Below are positions 46,151-48,316 of a DNA stretch of 48,316 nt, one piece after another. A program made the position numbers and the translations under genes. Each line of letters starts with the position of its first letter. Positions within the stretch are counted from its first letter, which is position 1. The stretch is from the NCBI GenBank assembly GCA_045863295.1, contig BTWA01000038.1, forward strand, positions 1-48,316. The letters run 5' to 3'. This stretch comes from Candidatus Hydrogenedentota bacterium (GTDB lineage: Bacteria > Hydrogenedentota > Hydrogenedentia > Hydrogenedentales > SLHB01). The notes beneath the pieces are model-generated. The model worked only from the letters and a program-made list of their open reading frames with translations. It was not told where the DNA came from and did not search any database.

Positions 46151-47881
46151 CTACAGATCATCCGGGCGGTCTATGTTCATCGTTTTCAACTTGTTATACA
46201 ATGTGTTCCGAGCCATGCCAAGCAATCTCGCCGATTTCGCGACATTCCAGTCGGTCTGGCGCAAAACCGATAAAACGCGGTCCCTGTCGGAACCGTTTCC
46301 AGACACGCCGGCCTGACCACTGATGGAAACCGGGGAAGGTACGACTTCGTAGTTCAAAAGCTCCCGTGGCAAATGCTTTGGCAGAATCATCGGCTCATGA
46401 CACAAGATCACCGCGCGCTCCATGCAATTCTCCAATTCACGCACATTGCCCGGCCACGGATAGCTCATAAACAGCTCCATTGTCTCCGGAGCCACCCCCT
46501 CGGTCTCACGCTTCATGCTCTTGGTAAACCGTCGAAGATAATGCTCGATCAACAGAGGAATGTCTTGTCGGCGCTCCCGAAGCGGCGGAATCTCAATGCG
46601 TACCACGTTTAACCGGTAATACAGGTCCCGGCGAAATTCTCCACTACGAATCAGCGTCTCAAGATTCTGATTCGTCGCGGCCAAAACCCGCACATCGGTA
46701 CGAACCGGCCGGGAGTCACCCACGCGCTCAAACTCGCGCTCCTGAAGCACCCGCAGAAGTTTCGACTGAAGCCGAGGACTGACGTCGCCGATCTCGTCCA
46801 GCAGAATCGTGCCGCCGTTGGCCGCCTCGAATCGTCCCACCCGATCTTTGACCGCACCAGTAAACGCACCCTTCACATGGCCAAAAAGCTCGCTCTCAAG
46901 GATGTTCTCGGACAGGGCAGCGCAATTGACCCGTAAGAACGGCCCCTTGGCACGAGGACTAGCGTGATGCAGCGCGGATGCCACCAACTCCTTGCCCGTA
47001 CCACTCTCCCCGTTGATAAGCACAGTGGCCTCCGCCTCGGCCAGGTCCTTGATGAGCCGGAAAATCTCCTGCATTTTCGGGCTCTTGCCTATCATGTTGC
47101 GATATTGCTGGCTCTCTTCAACCTGCTGCTCCAGACGAACCAGCCGGGTGTTGTCCCGCAAGATCAGCAACACCCCGGTGTACCGCTGCCCGTCGCTAAT
47201 CAGCGGTGCAGTGCTCACCATAACTACCTTATCCTGCAACTCCATCCGCCGCTCCGGCTGCGGATTATGCGAACGTATCGTTTCTTCCAACGCTTCTTTG
47301 GTGCCACGCAAACTCGCCGGCGCCACCTCGTCAAACAACTTGCCAGTCTGCGCACAGCCAACCCAACCCAATAGCGATATCGCCGCCGGATTGACCTGCC
47401 GTATGCGCAAATCGGCATCAAAAGTCACGATTCCCTCGGTCACGCTGTTGAAGATGGCCTGCAAATCCCGCCGGTAATAGTCCATTTGAGCGGCATAGTG
47501 ATCGCGCTCGTCGGTAAGTCGCTTCTGCTCAAGGGCCATCCTAGCCACACGCCCAAGCGCATCCCGCGTAACCGGCTTGGAAAGGTAGTCGAATGCCCCC
47601 AGCCGGACCGCCTCCGAAGCAGTCTCGATATTGGGTTCGCCCGTGATCATAACCACGGGGCACTTGAGGTCCTTTTCACGAACGGTGCGAAGCAGATCAA
47701 CGCCCGTCTTACCCGAGAGGATGATGTCCGTGATGATGAGGTCGAAGTCCTCTCGATCCAAATGGGCTACGGCGGTCGGATAGTCCTCCGCCGTCACTAC
47801 ATCGTGACCTTCCTTTTTCAGGAATTCGCCAAATGTCAGCCGAAGTACACTTTCGTCTTCAACAACAAGAATACTTGCCAC
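46151..47881 (-). CDS. NtrC/AtoC-family sigma-54 response regulator (REC-PAS-AAA+-HTH)
   Basis: REC (ILVVEDE, TDI, KP), PAS-like region, GESGTGKE, GAFTGA, LLDEIG, WPGNVREL and a Fis-type HTH. Confidence 0.95.
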   Translation of the reverse strand: MASILVVEDESVLRLTFGEFLKKEGHDVVTAEDYPTAVAHLDREDFDLIITDIILSGKTGVDLLRTVREKDLKCPVVMITGEPNIETASEAVRLGAFDYLSKPVTRDALGRVARMALEQKRLTDERDHYAAQMDYYRRDLQAIFNSVTEGIVTFDADLRIRQVNPAAISLLGWVGCAQTGKLFDEVAPASLRGTKEALEETIRSHNPQPERRMELQDKVVMVSTAPLISDGQRYTGVLLILRDNTRLVRLEQQVEESQQYRNMIGKSPKMQEIFRLIKDLAEAEATVLINGESGTGKELVASALHHASPRAKGPFLRVNCAALSENILESELFGHVKGAFTGAVKDRVGRFEAANGGTILLDEIGDVSPRLQSKLLRVLQEREFERVGDSRPVRTDVRVLAATNQNLETLIRSGEFRRDLYYRLNVVRIEIPPLRERRQDIPLLIEHYLRRFTKSMKRETEGVAPETMELFMSYPWPGNVRELENCMERAVILCHEPMILPKHLPRELLNYEVVPSPVSISGQAGVSGNGSDRDRVLSVLRQTDWNVAKSARLLGMARNTLYNKLKTMNIDRPDDL

Positions 47882-47898
47882 GATCGACTACCCCCTCA

Positions 47899-48316
47899 TC
47901 ACAATTCGGTCTTACTATCAGACAGAAGCTCGGGCTGAACACAAGAACGTCCGTTGTTCAAGGGCAAATCAACATGAAACCGCGCATATTTACCATATTC
48001 CGACTCTACCGAAATCTGACCACCGTGTTCCTTTACAATACCATCTGAAACAGATAGTCCCAGGCCTGTTCCGCGATCGCGCCCTTTGGTCGTGAAAAAC
48101 GGGTCAAAAAGGCGATCTAAATGAACAGGCTGAATTCCACCCCCAAAATCCTCCACGGTCAACCGAAGATAGGGCTCAGAATCCAACGTCAGCGGACGAC
48201 ACGTCAGCGACATGCGCTTGCCCGGATCGGCGGTGGAGTACTTGTCGTCCAGACTGTGCAACGCGTTGATGAGCAGGTTCATTACCACCTGCTGCAATTG
48301 CTCGCTGCTGCAACGA
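47899..48316 (-). CDS. Sensor histidine kinase, C-terminal HATPase domain (runs off the window)
   Basis: QQVVMNLLINA, D.GGGI, FDPFFTTK, GTGLGL and HGG boxes. Confidence 0.93.
   Translation of the reverse strand, partial: RCSSEQLQQVVMNLLINALHSLDDKYSTADPGKRMSLTCRPLTLDSEPYLRLTVEDFGGGIQPVHLDRLFDPFFTTKGRDRGTGLGLSVSDGIVKEHGGQISVESEYGKYARFHVDLPLNNGRSCVQPELLSDSKTEL

Overview
Bacterial window of mixed origin. The DUF1553/DUF1501 and DUF1573 genes point to a Planctomycetota/Verrucomicrobiota/Hydrogenedentota-like host, but the taxon cannot be fixed from the sequence. From left to right: (1) 263-8841 is the end of a probable integrative element. It has two tandem VirD4/TraD-like ATPase genes (one with an apparent C-terminal PD-(D/E)XK nuclease, one frameshifted), a SWIM protein plus a Cas4/RecB-like nuclease, an XRE/GNAT/beta-barrel cassette and an IS66 remnant. 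(2) 8963-21306 holds a ~2100-aa secreted RHS/YD protein with an unusual layout: signal peptide, TPRs, an intact C39 peptidase followed by a double-glycine site, RHS repeats with a lectin-like insert, no canonical RHS autoprotease core, and a low-GC tip. A candidate immunity gene follows it, and DUF1573, GT4 and TMEM260/DUF2723-type glycosyltransferase genes lie upstream. (3) 21424-30021 is comM/yifB interrupted by a ~7 kb island with no integrase. The island restores the gene with a divergent 3' half and carries PhoD-like, PHP, pseudo-caspase-TPR and triple-HTH genes. (4) 30115-48316 is core-like: M28 peptidase, DUF1553/DUF1501 pair, propeller-GH29 fucosidase, a small ACP/AMP-ligase/aminotransferase/methyltransferase cluster, pta-ackA behind a sigma-54 promoter, and an NtrC-type two-component system. 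All family calls come from motif recognition by eye; no searches were run.
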